A DNA stretch of 64,000 nt, taken from the NCBI GenBank assembly GCA_012026655.1, contig JAAILG010000009.1, positions 1 to 64,000 on the forward strand, in the 5' to 3' direction. The notes below the pieces were generated by a model that searched no databases, was not told where the DNA came from, and saw nothing but the letters and a program-made list of their open reading frames with translations. The translations under genes were made by a program, and so were the position numbers. This DNA comes from Hydrolagus affinis. Taxonomy: Eukaryota. Shown here piece by piece: positions 15,104-28,227 of the stretch (positions within the stretch are counted from its first letter, which is position 1; every line of letters starts with the position of its first letter).

Positions 15104-15812
15104 CATAGAATCAGAGAATTTTACAGCACAGAAGGAGGCCATTCGGCCCATTGTACCTGTGCCGGCTCTTTGAAAGAGTTACCAATTAGTTCCACTCCCC
15201 TGCTCTTATCCCATAGCCCTGCAAATTCTTCCTTTTTAAGTACCTATTTAATTCCCTTTGGAAAGCTATTATCAAATCTGCTTCCACGAGCATTGTATTT
15301 CAGACCATAACAATTCTCTGGGTAGGATTGTCTACTCGCCTTATCTCAAATTTGTGACTTCCAGTTACTGATCCATCCGCTAGAGAAAACAGTTTTGTCT
15401 ACTCTAGTAAAATTCCTCGTAATTTTGAACACCTCTTTTAAGTCTCCTCTAAACCGTCACTGTTCCAAAGAGAATAATCCCAGACTCTCTAGTCTCTCCA
15501 CATAATTGTAGTCCCTCGTCTCTGGTATCATTCATGTAAATCTTCTCTGCACCTTCTCCAAGGCTCTGACATCCTTCCTAAAGTGTGGAGCCCAGAATTG
15601 AACACAATACTCTAACTGAGGCCTAACCAGCAATTTGTAAAGGTTCAACAGAACTTCCTTGTTCTTATTCTCTATGCTTCTATTTATAAAGTCAAGGATC
15701 CCATAAGCTTTTTTAACCACTTTCTCCACTTGTCCTGCCAAAGATTTGTGTACATGAACACAACAGGTCTCTCTGATCCAGCACTCCCTTTAGAATTGTA
15801 CCATTTATCTTG
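15104..15812 (-). mobile_element. CR1 LINE fragment
   Basis: KKAYGILDFINRSIENK...LVRPQLEYCVQFWAPHFRKD...QRRFT, followed by a CR1-type 3' end (catagaatc...ggaggccattcggccc on +). Confidence 0.85.
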
Positions 15813-17137
15813 TAGCTTACCTTTTGTCAATTCACTTATGAACAATACAGAAACAAAACTAAATATTAAAGCAGAGAGTTCCCAATGTTGTGGTTTTAGT
15901 ATTTGGCTGAGCAAAAAACAGGAATCAACACTTATCTTTGAATGAATTTAGTTTTAACAAACTGAGATATCCTTCATTAGGCAAAATCTTATGTGATGTA
16001 AATTATAATCTCTGCAACTCAGTACGCCTAGCAGACCATAGATCTATAACTTGCTACTCTGTGCTTCAAACTCCTCTTCTAAGTTGTAGTAAAAGTTGCT
16101 GTACGTTAAGTTTGGTTTGGAATATCAACTGGTCTGTCATGTGTTTGAACTTGTGGCCTTTGACACGCACTGTTTAATAAATTATTTTTTTTCCGAACCG
16201 GAACCACAGGTTGATTTATGTGAAAGGCACTGTGTTTCGTGAAACATTCATTAAAGATCCTTGCCCTGGAGTGTTTGGCACATGATTGAAAGGCAGTGCC
16301 TTCGAATTCTTATCTTCTAACAATACAGATATTATTATTCTTCCTTATTCCTCCTTCCCACACAAAAACAACTTGCTGATCAAGAGCAAGATTTCTTTGC
16401 CATCATTTCTAGTGATCAGCCCGTTGACTCCAGCTTGTGCTATTATCTTTCACTGTGACTTTTACCGATTTGTGAATAGTTCCAAAGGAACTAGCAGTTT
16501 TGCAGTATCTTGTCTAAATGTTGGCTCTTTATCTGTTATAGTGAACGATTTGATCACAGAGGGTAGCAATGCTTGGTCCTGAGCTCATCCAGAATATACA
16601 TTGACATACGTTGCCCAACTAGACAGAGATCAGCAATCGTAGATGAAAGGAAAGGCATGGTTTTAGGAAACATGTCTTCTGTATTTTTCATGAGACAAAT
16701 CTACCATTGACCTGATTTCCCCCCCACTTGAGATACACATTTACTACACCTTAGGAGTTCGAAGTCCCATTTTACAGGACCTGGGTAAGAACGAGCAGAA
16801 TTTTGGCTTTAACACAGTAATGTTAATAATGATAATAATGCTTGCATTTCTAGGGTCTTATCAAATCATGGAGATGTCTCAAAGTGCTTCACAGAATACA
16901 TTGTAAAGTGAATTTACTGTATATTTGGTGGGCTAAAATGCGGTAGCCAAACGTGCTCGGCAGGGACCTTTGTGGATTGAATGACCATTTTTTTAAAAAA
17001 AAAGTGCTTTGAGATGTCCCCCTGACAATAATTTGTTCATGTAGATTCGTCTCAAGGTATAAGCAAATGCACTGGATGCATTTATAGCTGCTGTATTTCC
17101 TTTGCAGTGGAAATATTTGGTTGCTTTGCTTTCGCAG

Positions 17138-17289
17138 AGAAGCCCTTGAGCGAACCCCATCAGGGCAGCCTGCTCACAAAGCAACTGCAGGAGAATTGGA
17201 AGAAAACCAAAGGGAAGTTCATTGTAGAGAAGCTGATGTTTGAGGTGACCAGTGCCAACGTGGTGCAGGATTCGTCCTCCAAATACGTG
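17138..17289 (+). CDS. SNX21: Sorting nexin-21, second coding exon (start of PX domain)
   Basis: ttcgcag|AG restores the GAG codon; LLTKQLQENWKK...KLMFEVTSANVVQDSSSKYV; donor |gtgagt at 17290. Confidence 0.93.
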
Positions 17290-20040
17290 GTGAGTGTTCC
17301 TGCTGTGGAAGCAATCTGATCAAGCAAGCGACACCTTGTGGTCCGGAGGTACCCGTTCTGTTCAGATGCTCAATTTAAGTAATAATATTAATAATAATCC
17401 TTGCATTTATTTGAGACAGCACCTTATTGCCTCATTTGAGACACCTCAAAGCGCTTCACAGAGTATACTGCAAAGTGAATTGACTGTACATATTTGGGTG
17501 AAATGTGACAGCCAATTGCAAACGTGCATTGACCATATTATTTATTTATTTTGAAGGGATACCCCCGAAAAAGCGATATGCTAATCAACCAACGACCAGG
17601 TTTCTACTTACTCATAGGTAAACAGACATGTGGTTCAATATCTCTCGCCACGCCCGGGAATTCAACCCAGGTCCTCTCATTTGTGAAATGAGCGCGTTAA
17701 TCACTAAGCTCTAATGTAGCTTTCAAGAAAGAATTCGACTTGAAGGGTTTGAAGGCATATTGAAATAAGGCAGTGTGGTGGGATTCAAGCAATATTCCTG
17801 TTCTGTGAGCTGAGCCTTGATGGGTCAAATGGCCTCCTTCTGCGCAGTAGATTTCTATGAGTGTTGAATGTTGCAGGAATTAAATTATCCTGGACTCGGT
17901 GTAGCTGTGTTACTGGTGATTTTCAGCAGTGGGGTCTGCAAGCTGAAAACATACCTGATGTTAAAGTTCCTCAGAGACAAGAGTTTGCATAGATCAGCTA
18001 TAAAACTAAAGGGCTGTTGCAACTTTTACCACATCCTTATTCTGCACTGTGCCTCCCAAGGCACTAAAATAACCAGAGGAGGACAAACTGGAAGGGCAAG
18101 AGTTGTTAATCTTGTTGCCCAACAATCGCGCTACAAACCATTTTGACAGTTGTTTGATTGTACCTGTTGGGGTGAGGGGGAGTAGTGGAAGATGGGGTGA
18201 AGACTATTTGATTTACGCTATTTTCTTAACATCTCAGTGCCAGCGCTTGGCGAATTGTTAAATTCTGTTCTGTAGAATTTCTTTGGCGTTTGAGCAGTGA
18301 GCAATTATACCATTGCTGCAAGTTCACTTTGAAACTTGAACATTGGCCCGATTAACTGGGGGTTTTTAAACTATGTTGCGTGACACCCTCAGTTAGAAAA
18401 CAAGGAAATATTTACAGATTCTTCTCTCAACTCTGGCCTACATCACTTCACACTGCTTTGCTGTCTTAATAAAATAATCCTTACATTTCATACAACACGT
18501 TTTGCATCAGGAGGATATCTCAAAACTGTCTGCCACAAAATAACAGCTCACTCCACTGTATAGTACGTTCTGTAAACCGCTTTAAGATGTATTGATGATG
18601 TAATAAGGCACTATACCAAATGCAATGTTATTAATGTTATTATTGAGTCTTCCAGGCTGGGATCAGCCAAGTTGAAGTCCTACTGGTACTTGCATACAGC
18701 ATGGATTTTAATGCCTTTACCCAATAAGTCATCAGGAAGCTCAATTGCACATCTTCAGATTGGCCAACTAGAAAAAGGAAATAGATTTGCATCAGGGATC
18801 AAATATATAACAATATATATATATACACACACATATTTTGGGGAATCAAAATTGCACAAAAGTTTTTTTACTGAGCATCGACAGTAAGACTATATATAAA
18901 GTGCAGACCTGTAAATCAGACGGGTTTGAGCCATGAGTCACTCACTCACTAGCTGAGCCGTCTATTTAAGGAATCTGTTCACTCGCAACTTGACACACTG
19001 CATTTCCTACCCAGCTGTCCTCAGTAACATCGCGAATCATTAGAGAGGTTGCACAGTGTTCAGTGATGGAAAAAAAACAGATTGAATTATTAATGCTGCC
19101 CTGACTCAACCCTAACTTTGAAATCATGAATAAGCACCTTTCAGCAGCTTTAGATTTTCATGTTCAGGCAGAAAACAACAGGAGACCACTGAGCACTGAC
19201 GTCACAGTTAATCCATTACTGTTCCAGAGAACTGAGTTAGCAGAAACCGGCAGAATAATCCACATATGATACACCACCTGCCAGCGATACCAGTAACTTG
19301 AGAATTACAGCCTCAAGGCAGAAGAACAAGGCATCTGCCAGGCTGGGGCTGCTGAGCCTTTTTCACTGATGTGCTGGTTATTTAATAGTAACAATAAAAG
19401 TCCTGGCATTTGATATAGCGCTTTATCACCTTTTTGCAGAGCTTCACGGAATACACTGTGAAGTGAAATGACTGAATATTTTGTGTTTCAAACAAAGTGG
19501 CCAATTGCGCACAGCAGTGTGTTAGGAGACTTTCTCATAGAGGCTCAAGGTCAAATACAATGTTTCTCACTTTCCTCTTCCTCCCACCAAACAACTGCCA
19601 GATTTATGTTGTACAGAATGTCTTTGGATCGTTCAATGTTACTGTTTCTTGGTTTAAAAAAAACATTGACCCAGAAGAAGAGCCTTTTTGTCAACTCAGC
19701 TGACCAGGTGCATTTCTCCGATGACATTTTTCCTCTGTCTTGAAAACTTGTAACACTCAAGTTCCATAGCACAGTTTGTACTTCTCTCTCCTGCTCTATC
19801 TGGCATTCTTCAACTAATGTTGGCTCATTTGGTATTTGTCTGACTGTTATCCAGATGTGTGACCATTTGCGAAAATCTGGCCTGGCCAGCCTCAATAAGA
19901 GTGGTTGCAATTGCAATGCAGTGAGGGAATGAGCGTTAATACGTGACTATTTCTTAGTGTTAGTGAGTTTAGTCACTATACAGGGCAAGATTCTTTTTAG
20001 CCTGAGAACAAAATTAACAAGCTGCCTCCCTTTCCTACAG

Positions 20041-20712
20041 GCCTACACCATCCACGTGATCAAATCTGGCACCTTCGATGCTAACAAGGCACTAATCGTT
20101 CGACGCTATACCGATTTTGCAAAACTGAACGAGACGCTGAACAAAAACTTCAGGGAGGAAATGGACAACATAGTGTTTCCTCGGAAGAAAATACGCAAGA
20201 ATTTCACGCACGAAACGATAGCCAAACGCAGCCGAGCTTTCGAACAGTACCTGCAGCACATCCACTCGATTGCAGACATTCGCCGATCCAAAGTGTTCCT
20301 GGAGTTCTTTTACCTGAGAGATCTAAAGGCAGGCCAGGAGTTACTGCGAGCTGGGATGAATGAGGAAGCCATTGAGACCTTAATCAACGCTCTTCATTTG
20401 CAAGAAAAGCTGGCCTCCTGTGACATGGAGCACTTGGTTTTCACTCTGTCTGCTCTTTCTGTGTGCTACCAGGAACTGGATCAGTTGGACCAAGCTCAGA
20501 CATACTGCGAGCGGGCCGTGCAAATTCTAGAAAATCAGGACAACCATGCACTTTTGGTTCCGTTACTTCAGTCCAATATCAGACTTTCCTGGAAAATAGC
20601 CAAAGACAAACGTCAGTGTGAAGCCAAACTTCAGCAACTTCAGGATGCAGGAACAGATGTTTTAAACCAACCTAGCCTTAAAGAACATCTAATTAAAGAT
20701 CTTTTAGAATGA
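20041..20712 (+). CDS. SNX21: Sorting nexin-21, last coding exon (PX plus helical PXB region)
   Basis: tttcctacag| acceptor; RRYTDF, FPRKKIRKNFTHETIAKRSRAFEQYL and C-terminal PSLKEHLIKDLLE* match SNX21. Confidence 0.95.
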   Translation, partial: AYTIHVIKSGTFDANKALIVRRYTDFAKLNETLNKNFREEMDNIVFPRKKIRKNFTHETIAKRSRAFEQYLQHIHSIADIRRSKVFLEFFYLRDLKAGQELLRAGMNEEAIETLINALHLQEKLASCDMEHLVFTLSALSVCYQELDQLDQAQTYCERAVQILENQDNHALLVPLLQSNIRLSWKIAKDKRQCEAKLQQLQDAGTDVLNQPSLKEHLIKDLLE

Positions 20713-22726
20713 GTAATAGGCAGTAATAGCTTGACGTTTACTTTTTGTGGAGCCTGACTGTATAAAATTTCATTCACATTACTATTTTATATTTGAGCAC
20801 ATTAAAATGGACCAAATATCCAGTTGATCAAACAATTGTGTAAATCCAGGATCACTGTGTACAGTATTCAATGTACAAATTTCATGCAAATATTTGTACC
20901 TTCCCAGAATTCAAAGTATTAGACTCGAAAAGCCATTCACCCGTGTCTGATGCAAATGAAAGTACACTGGGCTGTTCTCATGCTTAATCCAAAGTAACTC
21001 ATTTATCTATGATTCGGCAGCCGCTATTGTTACTAGTTTCAAAGAGAGTTGTTCTTCATTGTAAATATCTGCACGAAACATCTATAGGGTCAGACTGACT
21101 TCATTAACAATGGAGACGCAGGTTAGCAGGGAAATGCTGTGGCAATAAGTTTGGTTGTGCTCTAAGGTTATTTTAGGGACCTAATGATGAGGTATGTCAT
21201 CTTTCCTCTCCCCACCCTCCATTGGCTCCAACTTGGCACCCAAGCAAGATTGTTAAGTGTTTTGGGATGTCTTCCCAATGTGAATAGTGCCACATAAATG
21301 AAATACAATATTGTATTACAATATATTGGTTTCAGGAACAGTTGATTCCAGCTCCTGTCCATTTAAGTGGCTTTGTACGTGTTATTGAATTCTGCCGCTC
21401 CAAAAATGAAACGTCTGCACTCACAGCATGGATTTCACTGCTCACTACAAAATTAGTCCTCACAAAATTATTAGACACAATGTTAGTTTCTTTAGTGGAA
21501 GCATTTTATGTTGACGATTTTGGTACAACACAGCGTAGATTTTAAGAATGAGACTTGTGTAGTGAATACTTTTAAAGTAAATATTTATAAACATTAGTTC
21601 CTATTCTGTATCACTATTGCACAATAAACCTACACGAGGTCCTTCATTTATTGCTATTTTTGTTTTACTAGCTGCATAGTTTCATTTAATTGGTCTTCTG
21701 TCTTTCATGTGGCAATTACATTTGTCCCTGAAAGGCTTGCTCCTTGGGTATCTTTATCCCTTAAGATTAAGAAAATGTGCTATAGAACTCATTAGCATCC
21801 CTTATTCACATATTTGCACATGTATCCTTTTGGAAGGACTCCTATTAGGACTCCTTGCTGGAGTCGATTTATGTGTGATGAGCTTATTTAGGTAACGATA
21901 GATTTCCCCCCCACCCCACACACAAAAAAAAAGGCCCATGACACTCCTCTATGCAAGATCTTTCAGATCTGGTATAAATCATGTCCTTATGTCAATCGGT
22001 TGATGCATTCTCGGTGGTCACACAAACAGACATTTTGTCTTTATTAGCATAGATGACAATGGGCTGAAGAAGAGTTGAAATGTTTTGTTCCAATGCCAAG
22101 GTTTCACCCTAGGCATCTTTCAAGAATGCTGTTTGGATCCGTACCTCTGCCCACTTGGTTTTTCAATGCTGGATTGCAGCTCAGGTGAACATAGTGGAGT
22201 AGGGAGACTTGCCTGAGGTTTCGTCCCACCCGGAAATCAACCAGGTTCTCTCGTTTGCAAGGCGAGTGCACTAACCACTACACTGTTGGACTCCACATAA
22301 TGGCAGTACGTATCGACAGTAATAAATCCCCAAAACACATACGTTGGTGAGTTTAATGTTAAACATCTGAATTGTAAAAAGTTACATTTTACCTTGCACT
22401 GAGGTTGCTCTCAGGTGCACAAACACTGTACAACACATATCGTGAAATACTGAGCTCTTTCACAGCACAGTGGATGTATATAATGCCCGGGATTTAAAGC
22501 CATCCCTTGATTTCTTTTCTAAACAGTGTGCTTTACCAGAGCCAACATCCCCCCAAAAAACACTTTGAACAAACATTTGTAACCGCTGTAGGTTTGCAGA
22601 ATAATTTACCTATTAATATTACACAACAAATTACACTGAAATATCCTGCAGAAGCAGGACTTAAATTAAAATTACAACTAAATGTGCTCGCTGTGCAGAA
22701 AGTCTCTGGATCATTCTGTGGATCGG

Positions 22727-22845
22727 TCACAATTTGCTTTCTCCAGCCGATGGTTTCACGTAAAAGACTCCTTCCTGTGCGCATGAAACTGCCAAACCTC
22801 CATCTTGCTTCCAGAGACGACCCTGGACCAGACCTCTACAGGAAC
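22727..22845 (-). CDS. ACOT8: Acyl-CoA thioesterase 8, exon 6 (last), C-terminal PTS1 SKL
   Basis: Manual translation GSCRGLVQGRLWKQDGGLAVSCAQEGVFYVKPSAGESKL*; the SKL terminus fits peroxisomal ACOT8. Confidence 0.95.
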
Positions 22846-23357
22846 CTACAACAATAACAACAATTTGGATTGATATAGCACCCTTCACGCAGAGTAGCAT
22901 CCCTAAAAATCACACAACAGATAAAAGAAAAAACACACTTATTAGAAATAACCTGATGCTGTGGTTACCAGAACACTGAATACCCACACCCGCACCCCCA
23001 GCTCATTAAAACACCCTCTTTCTTTCCATTCCCCCCCTCTATTCACACACTTTCCTTTTGGAGGTGTTCCATAACCGCCAAAGCTGCTTTTGAAACTGTT
23101 GCTAAGGAATGGATGAGAGAGGTTCAGAGTGACCCATAATCCTAATGGCCATTACTACATAGGAAATTCATTCAGCTTCTTTGCCTAACTGCCTGGCTAA
23201 ATTTACAAACAACTGTAAAGTTACGTTCTGCCACTCTGCACATCCATGTCCAGACAGGATTCCTTGGTACAGACGAAAAGTTTTTTTTTTTTTTAAAAAA
23301 GGATCGCTTGTGATCAATTCTGTAAGAGGGTAACAGAAATAAAAAGCAAGAACTCAC

Positions 23358-23549
23358 CTGCCCAGGGACTCTCGCATTCATACAACATCCATTCGTCCGA
23401 CCGGAATGGGGCATGAAACCACATGGAATGGTCCAGTGATGCCATAAACTTGACCTTGTACTGGAAGTGAGGCAGAAGTGCAGTTCTCAGGAAGGAGTAG
23501 TCAGAGATATAGGCAGCAACACAGCAATGCAATTTCATGTTCCCTTCAC
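23358..23549 (-). CDS. ACOT8: Acyl-CoA thioesterase 8, exon 5
   Basis: GEGNMKLHCCVAAYISDYSFL...MASLDHSMWFHAPFRSDEWMLYECESPWA; donor |gtgagt. Confidence 0.96.
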
Positions 23550-23738
23550 CTAGTAAACATTCAGTTAAAAAACAAAAGTTAATACTGCGATTGACAGTGG
23601 TTACCAGAATACTTATTTGATACCTCCCCAGCATGTAATTTTTCTCCTCGTTAAAAGTATTCTTTCTCTCGCTTTCCATTCTCGACCCCCACACATACAC
23701 CTTTCTCTGTGGACGCAACTCTGTACTGTTTATTGATA

Positions 23739-23943
23739 GAGTAAAAGCCTGTTTATCCAGCACCCGATCAACCGGAACTTCCGTATAACCGGCATCACAA
23801 AAAAAAAGGTCCGCATTCGATTAACCGGAATTTATCCAGAAAAATGCATTAATTTTTTGTGGAGTTTTCGGCCGAATATCCAGCACGCGCTTTAACCGGC
23901 ATTGGCCAGGTCCCGAGAGCACTGGATAAACGGGCTTTTACTG
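23739..23943. mobile_element. Short MITE of the same Tigger-like family
   Basis: TA|GAGTAAAAGCCTGTTTATCCAG ... CTGGATAAACGGGCTTTTACTG|TA; subterminal sequence shared with the element at 24593-25310. Confidence 0.85.
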
Positions 23944-24592
23944 TATTAATCCAGAATCTTTTTTTTTGGAACGCTTTCCCTCAATCCCTCCCCTTTCCCT
24001 CTTTTAAATCACGAGTGAAGACCTCCCTGTGTGAAGAGCCCTATATAATGCAATTTGTTGTAGAGTTGATATAAAATCACAACAGAATGCAGTTGAACCA
24101 GAAGCAAATGAAATCTCAGATTGTATTTCACTAAACTACCCTGTGGCAATCTCCGAAGTATTGCAGGGTTTAAGCACACATACTTAAACTTTAACTTTTA
24201 CAACACATACACCATCAACATCTCAACGTACAAAGGATAGGAAAGTTACCATTAACTTTGACCCAAATATTTTCACCACTGTCCCGACAGTTCCTCATAT
24301 TTTAAAGGAGTTAAACACAACAGAATGTGTTCATGCAAGACAATTTTTTTTTTTTTTAAATGGTAATAATTTCAGATTAATAGTCACACTATTAACATTA
24401 TCTGATAATAACAATAATTTACATAATAAAAGTATAAAATGCAAGGACTATTATTAGCTAAGTATCCTCATAATAATTATCAAAATTAACAAAATACATT
24501 TAAAAAAAAATTATGGGGCATAAAAGTCCACAACCCAACAGCACTTTGTCCAGTGATATGTAATAATAGAATTCTGCCAAATAACCAGATTA

Positions 24593-25310
24593 CAGTAGAA
24601 GCCTGTTTATCCGTGACTCGATGAACCGGCATTTCCGTATAACCGGCACGCCAAAAAAAGTCCCCATTCGATAAACCGGAACTTATCCAGAACAATAGCA
24701 GTGGAGCATTTGTAAATGCATAAATAATAACATAATAGCAGAATATTGTATTGGTGCTTATTATTAAAACTACTCTCTTGCGCTTTTTACCTTTGCTGGT
24801 AGATGCTGCGCTTGAAGCCATGAAGCTGCAGTTGAGGTTTATAGTCCAGCGATTCTTTTTAAAATGGAGCACACCAAGTAGGTGAAAAAAATGGAGCGAG
24901 TATGACTTTGAAGTCAAGCCGATAACCCACACTGTCGCTCAGGTGCAGTATTTTGGTTTGCCGCTAGTAGAGTCTAGGGCTTTGGCTTGCAGCTAGCAAA
25001 GTCGCGCAACTTTAAAATCACGCTGCCATTTTTTTCACCTGCTTGGCGTCCTCCATTTAAAAAAGAATCACTGGACTGTAAACCTCAATCAGTAAAGGTG
25101 ACAAGCGCAAGAGAGTAGTTTTAACAATAAGTACCAATATAATATTCTTTTATTATCTGTTATTACTTGGTCTGGTGTGTATGATGTGTGTTAAAAGAAC
25201 TTTAATTTTTTTGTAGTGGGTTTTCAGCTGCGGGCCGCCCGAATATCCAGCAGATGCTTTAACCGGCATTGGCCAGGTGCCAAGGGGGCTGGATAAACAG
25301 GCTTCTACTG
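24593..25310. mobile_element. Non-autonomous Tc1/mariner (pogo/Tigger-like) MITE with internal inverted repeats
   Basis: Perfect 20-bp TIRs CAGTAGAAGCCTGTTTATCC / GGATAAACAGGCTTCTACTG flanked by TA; internal arms about 24745-24895 and 25025-25145 are reverse complements. Confidence 0.88.
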
Positions 25311-25761
25311 TATTAATAAAATTACATAACAGGGCTCCCTCTAGTGATGGTAAATATTATAAAGATAGCACAACTGTTGCAACATTTTGTTGCCATCTCT
25401 TCTCCCTAGATAATAGAAAGAGAAAGTACAATTTTCCCACACATCACGATATTAACCCTTCAGCAACCTGTGAAACATTGCACAAAATTTGAGTAACCGC
25501 AAATATGTATGCCTTCTGTTCACTAAATATGGATTAAAATGCTCACTTGTCACAAGAGATACAAATAACAACAAATAATATTTTTATAGCCCCTTTCATG
25601 ATGGCGGGGGACGACGACATCCCAAGGCACTGATTTGCACCTGAGCTGGGCTTGGGATCAGAAGGTGAAGGGCAGGGAAGGTGACCGGAGGCAGGAACGA
25701 AGCGGAGGGTCTTGAGATGGGCTTGCTTTCAACATAAACAATGACAAAACCAGATTCTTAC

Positions 25762-25919
25762 CTATATAGCCTCGTGCTCTGACCCAGAACTGTTGTTTCC
25801 CCTCCAAGGCTACACGTCTGTAGTATTCTGGTGGATTGATGGGTTTAATTTCAATAGGCACCTCCTCAGCCAATAATTTGGTCAGACCGACTTTATATTT
25901 CTCAGTTAAGGCTGGATCT
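25762..25919 (-). CDS. ACOT8: Acyl-CoA thioesterase 8, exon 4
   Basis: DPALTEKYKVGL...EVPIEIKPINP...QQFWVRARGYI; ttttcag| acceptor and |gtaag donor. Confidence 0.95.
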
Positions 25920-26273
25920 CTGAAAATATTTTTTTTGAAAAACACACGAAAAAATGAAAATTCTGAGTGACAATGTAATGAAATTGCATTCATCCTGTCT
26001 GCTACAGACTTATATCAGCATTGCTTTTTTTAATGCATTTTTTTTTATTTGTGGGCAAAATACAGCAGCCAATTTCACACAGCAGCATCCGATAAACAGT
26101 CGTGAAGAGTTACCATTTTGTTTTCAGGATTATTATTATCACCGGAAATGTGATTGTAAGATTCTAAAATTGGTCAGGGGAAGTTTGGTGTAAGGGCGTT
26201 TGTTTGTGTGTTTAAATCAGGATTTTAGTTGTGTGGCACAGTCTTGTCAACAGTTATAGGGCTATTTTCATAC

Positions 26274-26499
26274 CTCAAGTACTTCTGAATTAGTTCCTCT
26301 TGGGTTAGTAACTCGTCAGGGGAAGGGACTACAGGCATGGTAAACTGGTGATGAATTGGACTCTCCATTTTCCTCTGGAATGAAGATTGGCAGATCAGGA
26401 TCGGATTCCCATGTTGAATGGCCTTCACAGAACGGACGGAAAAGCTCTTCCCATCTCGGATACGATCTACTTGGTACAGGACTGGCACTTTGGGGTCAC
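26274..26499 (-). CDS. ACOT8: Acyl-CoA thioesterase 8, exon 3
   Basis: GDPKVPVLYQVDRIRDGKSFSVRSVKAIQHGNPILICQSSFQ...LIQKYLR; GT-AG boundaries. Confidence 0.95.
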
Positions 26500-27204
26500 C
26501 TATGACAACAAAGTAGATTGTAAAAGGAAAGGGTTAAATGCTGGACAACAGCAAAATACAACTGGTTGACACATTTCCGTCTTATTAAATTTGACAGAAC
26601 ACTTCATAAGCTAAAAGAAAATGAAATATGCTATTAAGGACACAACCGGTTTAGAATGATGTTTAATAACTCAAAGCCTTTAAATTAAGTTTATTTTTGA
26701 ACTCAGAAACCAGGCCCATCAATGCTATGCCCCAACAAAGCCTGTACAGTGAAGAGGTCTAAAAGGTTTTTTTTTAAAACAAACCAAATGAAACCAAATG
26801 AGAAGAATTGGTTAGGCAACACTGAAAACCAATAAGGTTTATGAAAAAGGGAGGAAATGAGGAAGAAAGAAGTTGCACAGATTTGAGATGCTGGCAAAAA
26901 GTTTGGATTTCAGTACATTCAGGCAACTGCAGAAGAATGCGGGTAATTTATTTATAGTTTGGGAGGAAGAGAAACAAATCTTCCTTCAGCTCACACCCAC
27001 TGAAGTGCACCAAAGTAATCATTTCCAGGCTTTTCAAATTCCCCTTTCCAAACCCTCCAAATTTGAAAGGAACTATCTAAATGTAAATTAATACATTACA
27101 CTGAATTAATAAGGGTGTCAGGTTGTAAGTAAAATCAGGACAATTTTGCTACATTCAAAAAAACTACGATATATACACTGTGGTTCCACAACCCTTGACC
27201 TTTG

Positions 27205-28047
27205 GGATGGATATTGATAGGCTAGGGGACTGGGCGAGTAGGTGGCAGATGGAATTTAATGTGGGAAGTGTAAAATTATTCACCTAGGTAGCAAAAATAA
27301 AAAAATATATATTTTCTAGACGGGCAGAGGTTAGATAGTGTTAGTGTACAAAGGGATTTGGGTGTCCTTGTACATCAGTCTCAAAAAGTTAGTTTGCAGG
27401 TGCAGCAAGCAATTAAGAAGGCAAACGGCATGTGAGCGTTCATTGCAAAAGGTTTAGAGTACAAGAGTAGGGAAGTCTTGCTGTAACTGTATAGAGCCTT
27501 GGTGAGATCGCACCTAGAGTATTGTGTGCAGTTTTGGTCACCTTATTTAATCAAGGACTTACTTGCCTTAGTGCAGCGTAGATTCACTAGGTTAGTTCCT
27601 GGGTTGAGGGGACTGACCTATGAGGATAGGTTGAATAAATTAGGGCTGTATTCTTTATACAGAAGAATTAGGGGAGATCTTATTGAAACATATAAGATTC
27701 TTAAAGGGCTCGATAAAGTAGACAGTGAGGGACCGTTTCCCCTGATAGGAGAATCTATAACCAAAATTAAGGGTCAGCCTTTTAGAACAGAGTTGAGGAA
27801 ACATTTCCTCACTCAGAGGGTAGTGAATTTATGGAATTCACTACACCAGAAGGCTGTAGATGCTCAGTGCTTGAACATTTTCAAGGCTGAGACTGATAGA
27901 TTTTTAAAAAATAGAGGGATTAAGGGATATGGGGATAGAGCAGGTAATTAGAGTTAGGTCAGAAGATCAGCCATGATCTTATGAAATGGTGGGGCAGGCT
28001 CGAGGGGCTGAAGGCCTACTCCTGCTCCTAATTCTTATGTTCTTATG
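27205..28047 (+). mobile_element. 5'-truncated CR1 LINE (ORF2 C-terminus and 3' end)
   Basis: VRSHLEYCVQFWSPY...QRRFTRLVPGLRGLTYEDRL...RVVNLWNSL; ends in ttcttatgttcttatg tail; stops and indels upstream. Confidence 0.9.
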
Positions 28048-28090
28048 AACAGAAGGAAAAACACTAACGGATAACTACTTGCCGTCTTAC

Positions 28091-28227
28091 CTGCTCGTAC
28101 AAAGTAACAATGCAATGAATGTGCATAAATATTCTCAGAAACAGACATTGCAGCTGCTACTAGGGCCTGTCCAACAATCTGACCACCAAATAACATGCGA
28201 CTCCTTGGGACCCAATGATGCGTTCCT
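28091..28227 (-). CDS. ACOT8: Acyl-CoA thioesterase 8, exon 2
   Basis: Manual translation GTHHWVPRSRMLFGGQIVGQALVAAAMSVSENIYAHSLHCYFVRA (TesB-type motifs); tag| acceptor and |gtaag donor; phases match neighbouring exons. Confidence 0.95.

Noticed and set aside
27499-27951. 150-aa ORF as a host gene
   Set aside because: It is a CR1 LINE ORF2 C-terminal fragment inside ACOT8 intron 2.
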